DNA of 64,000 bases, taken from NCBI GenBank assembly GCA_009602735.1, contig WELA01001776.1:1-64000 (forward strand). The letters are read 5' to 3'. This document shows positions 61,620-64,000 of this stretch, piece by piece; within the stretch, counting starts at the first letter, position 1; every line of letters starts with the position of its first letter. The stretch comes from Mesotaenium endlicherianum. Taxonomy: Eukaryota. Position numbers and translations under genes: made by a program. A model generated the notes under the pieces. That model did not search any database. It was not told the DNA's origin and worked only from the letters and a program-made list of their open reading frames with translations.

Positions 61620-61977
61620 CCTGCTCAATCATAAACACAATGCAGTCAATGAGGTCATGATACTTTGTCGCTACAGAGTGCCCGTGGTTAAGAAGAACGT
61701 GATAAGGAAAGTCCCTAGTGTGTAGCACCTTGTGTGAGTGAGTATAAGAGAAAATTGAGTTAGAGAGAAAAAGTGAGTATGAGCGCAGGTTGAGTGTGTA
61801 GAATGGTTATAAAATTTGCCTGGCTGATCCTGAAACGTAACACACTCCCTCCAACTTAAGTTTAAAGATGGGTTGCCTGTCACAACTGCCACTATCTGTC
61901 ACTAACTGTCATATTCCCCTCCGACTTATATGGAGACAGGACCTCTTGTCACCTGTCTATGTCCACTGAAATGACAG

Positions 61978-64000
61978 TTAGGGAAGGGTGCCAGCCGCCC
62001 TGAGGTGGAACCGTTTCAACGCCCCTTTGGCATTGGTCAGTTGGTCTTTAAATTCCCAAGTGTCTCCAGAGGCATCGTAACCCTTCCATCTGACCAGGTG
62101 CTTCATGACATATTTAGATGATCGACGGACAGAGCGAGCGTCTAAAATCTCCTCGACCTCATATTCCTCAGGGTCACCATCCCGGACAGCGGGGACCGGT
62201 CCCGGTTGGACAGGTAACCGACTTGTGAACAATGTGTCACCTTTCATGTACGGTTCGAGGAAGGAGACATTACAGGCCGGGTGACCCTTGTATTCCGCTG
62301 ACATGTTCTATTTGCAAGCATTTTGATCGACACGGCGCACCATCGAATATAGACCGACCCAGACAGGACCAAGCTTTTTCTTGACCACCCCAGGCAGGTA
62401 CAGGTGTTGAGAATGCAGTTTGACCAAATCGCCCTTAGAAAATGTCAGTTCTCGACAGTGCAGATTAGCGTATTTTTGTTGGTTTTCCTGGGCTTTGTGC
62501 AGGTTCTGTTGGACTTCTGACAAGGTGTCAGCAAACTCCTGAGTTAACTGGACGGAGACCAAATTGTCAATCCCTTCAAGGTGAGTTAAAGATTCCCCTA
62601 GCACATCTAAAGGAGACTTAGGGACTCTACCCGAGCTCAATTCAAAAGGAGACTTGCCCGTTGACGCGTGCACCGCACTGTTGACCGCAAACTGCATTTG
62701 AGGTAACAGGTCATCCCAATTGTCTTGCTTTTGGTTAATATATGCTCTCAGCACCTCTTGCAGAACTTGATTAGTTCTTTCAGTCTGCCCATCAGTCTGA
62801 GGGTGGTTTGCTGCGCTGAGCAGCTGTTTAACTCCCGTTAACCCCATTAAAGCTCTCCAGAACTTAGAGGTAAATTTTGAGTCTTTGTTTGAGATAATAT
62901 TTGAGTGTAGCCCATGTTGGCATACTACATGGTTGAAGAACTGTCTCGCTATTTCAAGTGCAGTTACTTTGACAGTTGTGGGGATGAAAATGACCATTTT
63001 TGTTAGTTTATCCAAGACTACCAGTATTGAATGCCCATTGGCAGTTCGTGGCAGTGTTACCACCCAGTCCCTGGATATTGTTTCCCAGCGTCCAGCTGGG
63101 ATGGGCAGCGATTGTTAGAGACCCCCCGATGGTGTGTCTCTAGACTTATTTCTTTGACACTGATCACAAGACTTAACATATTTAAAGACCTCCCGAGGTA
63201 ATCCCTCCCCAATGATAATGTTTTGCCAGTTTGCCAACAGTTTTGGCCTGCCCCAAATGCCCACACAGTAAACGGTCATGTGCTTAACTCAGTAAACGGG
63301 ACCTCATTTCCAAGTTATAAGGAATGACCAGCTTCAGCCTGCTTGAAGTGGTTTCAGTCACTTAGACCCCACCCTTGAGCTTATACCCGAGTGCGGTAGC
63401 ACGACACATACCAGTAGTGGGGCTGGGCTCAAATGTTGGGTCAGAAAGGTAGGCTTTCCTAAGTTGCTCAAGGAAGGACTTTTTCACCTTTAGTGAAGTG
63501 AGTGCACACAGGACTTTATCTACAGCATGCTGACTAAAGTTCCTTTCTTGCAAGTTTGGTCTTCTAGAGAGTGCATCAGCAGGATTCAACTTCCCTGGTT
63601 TGTAGTCAATCTGGACTTGAAGCTGCTCCAGCATCTCGCTCCAGCGGTTCTCCCNAATCTGGACTTGAAGCTGCTCCAGCATCTCGCTCCAGCGGTTCTC
63701 CCTCCTTGACAGCTTGGACTTCTTCTGAAAGTGAGTCAGAGCTAGATGATCTGTAATCACCTTAAAAGCTTTACCATGTAAGTATGCTCTCCATTGTTTG
63801 AGCACATGAATGATAGCTAGCATCTCTTTATCATGCNTCTCTTTATCATGCACAGAGTAATTAATCTCAGCTGGATTAAATTTCCTAGACTCGTACAACA
63901 CAGGATGCCACTCCTGTTTTACCTTACCATCCTTTGTGGTTTTGTCAGCAGGCTGCAACAAAATAGCACCCATGGCAAAGTCGGAAGCATCAATAATCAC
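61978..64000 (-). pseudogene. pol: D3 pol 3' part (RH-INT-chromodomain), decayed
   Basis: Nearly identical in protein to D2 pol, with several stops and frameshifts. Confidence 0.93.

Larger units (their letters stand above)
50314..64000 (-). mobile_element. Family-D copy D3 (runs off the window; interrupted by D2)
   Basis: 3' LTR 50314-51028, PPT 51029-51044, accessory ORF 59963-61619, pol RH-INT-chromodomain 61978-64000. Confidence 0.92.

Overview
Eukaryotic, heterochromatin-like window made almost entirely of nested LTR retrotransposons; I found no convincing host gene. Reconstruction from LTR termini, PBS/PPT and 5-bp TSDs: (B) an old, decayed plus-strand Ty3/Gypsy element (~4928-44986, ~10 kb once insertions are removed) encoding Gag-PR-C5 cytosine DNA methyltransferase-RT-RH-INT-PHD finger. 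It is interrupted by two chromovirus copies of family A (6116-12306, 37521-43677), a non-autonomous element E (12598-17257) and a family-D element (21232-34210) that itself holds a family-C Gypsy fragment, a Ty1/Copia and a solo LTR. At the right end an apparently intact family-D chromovirus (51087-59930) sits inside an opposite-strand relative (50314->64000). Best candidates for new biology: (1) family D carries, between pol and the 3' LTR, a ~558-aa accessory ORF I cannot assign to any family, present in three diverged copies, with a conserved 5'-UTR intron, a structured post-pol spacer and much faster divergence than pol; (2) the DNMT+PHD-encoding Gypsy element. Family letters are my own labels. 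A streptophyte/green algal host is an inference only.
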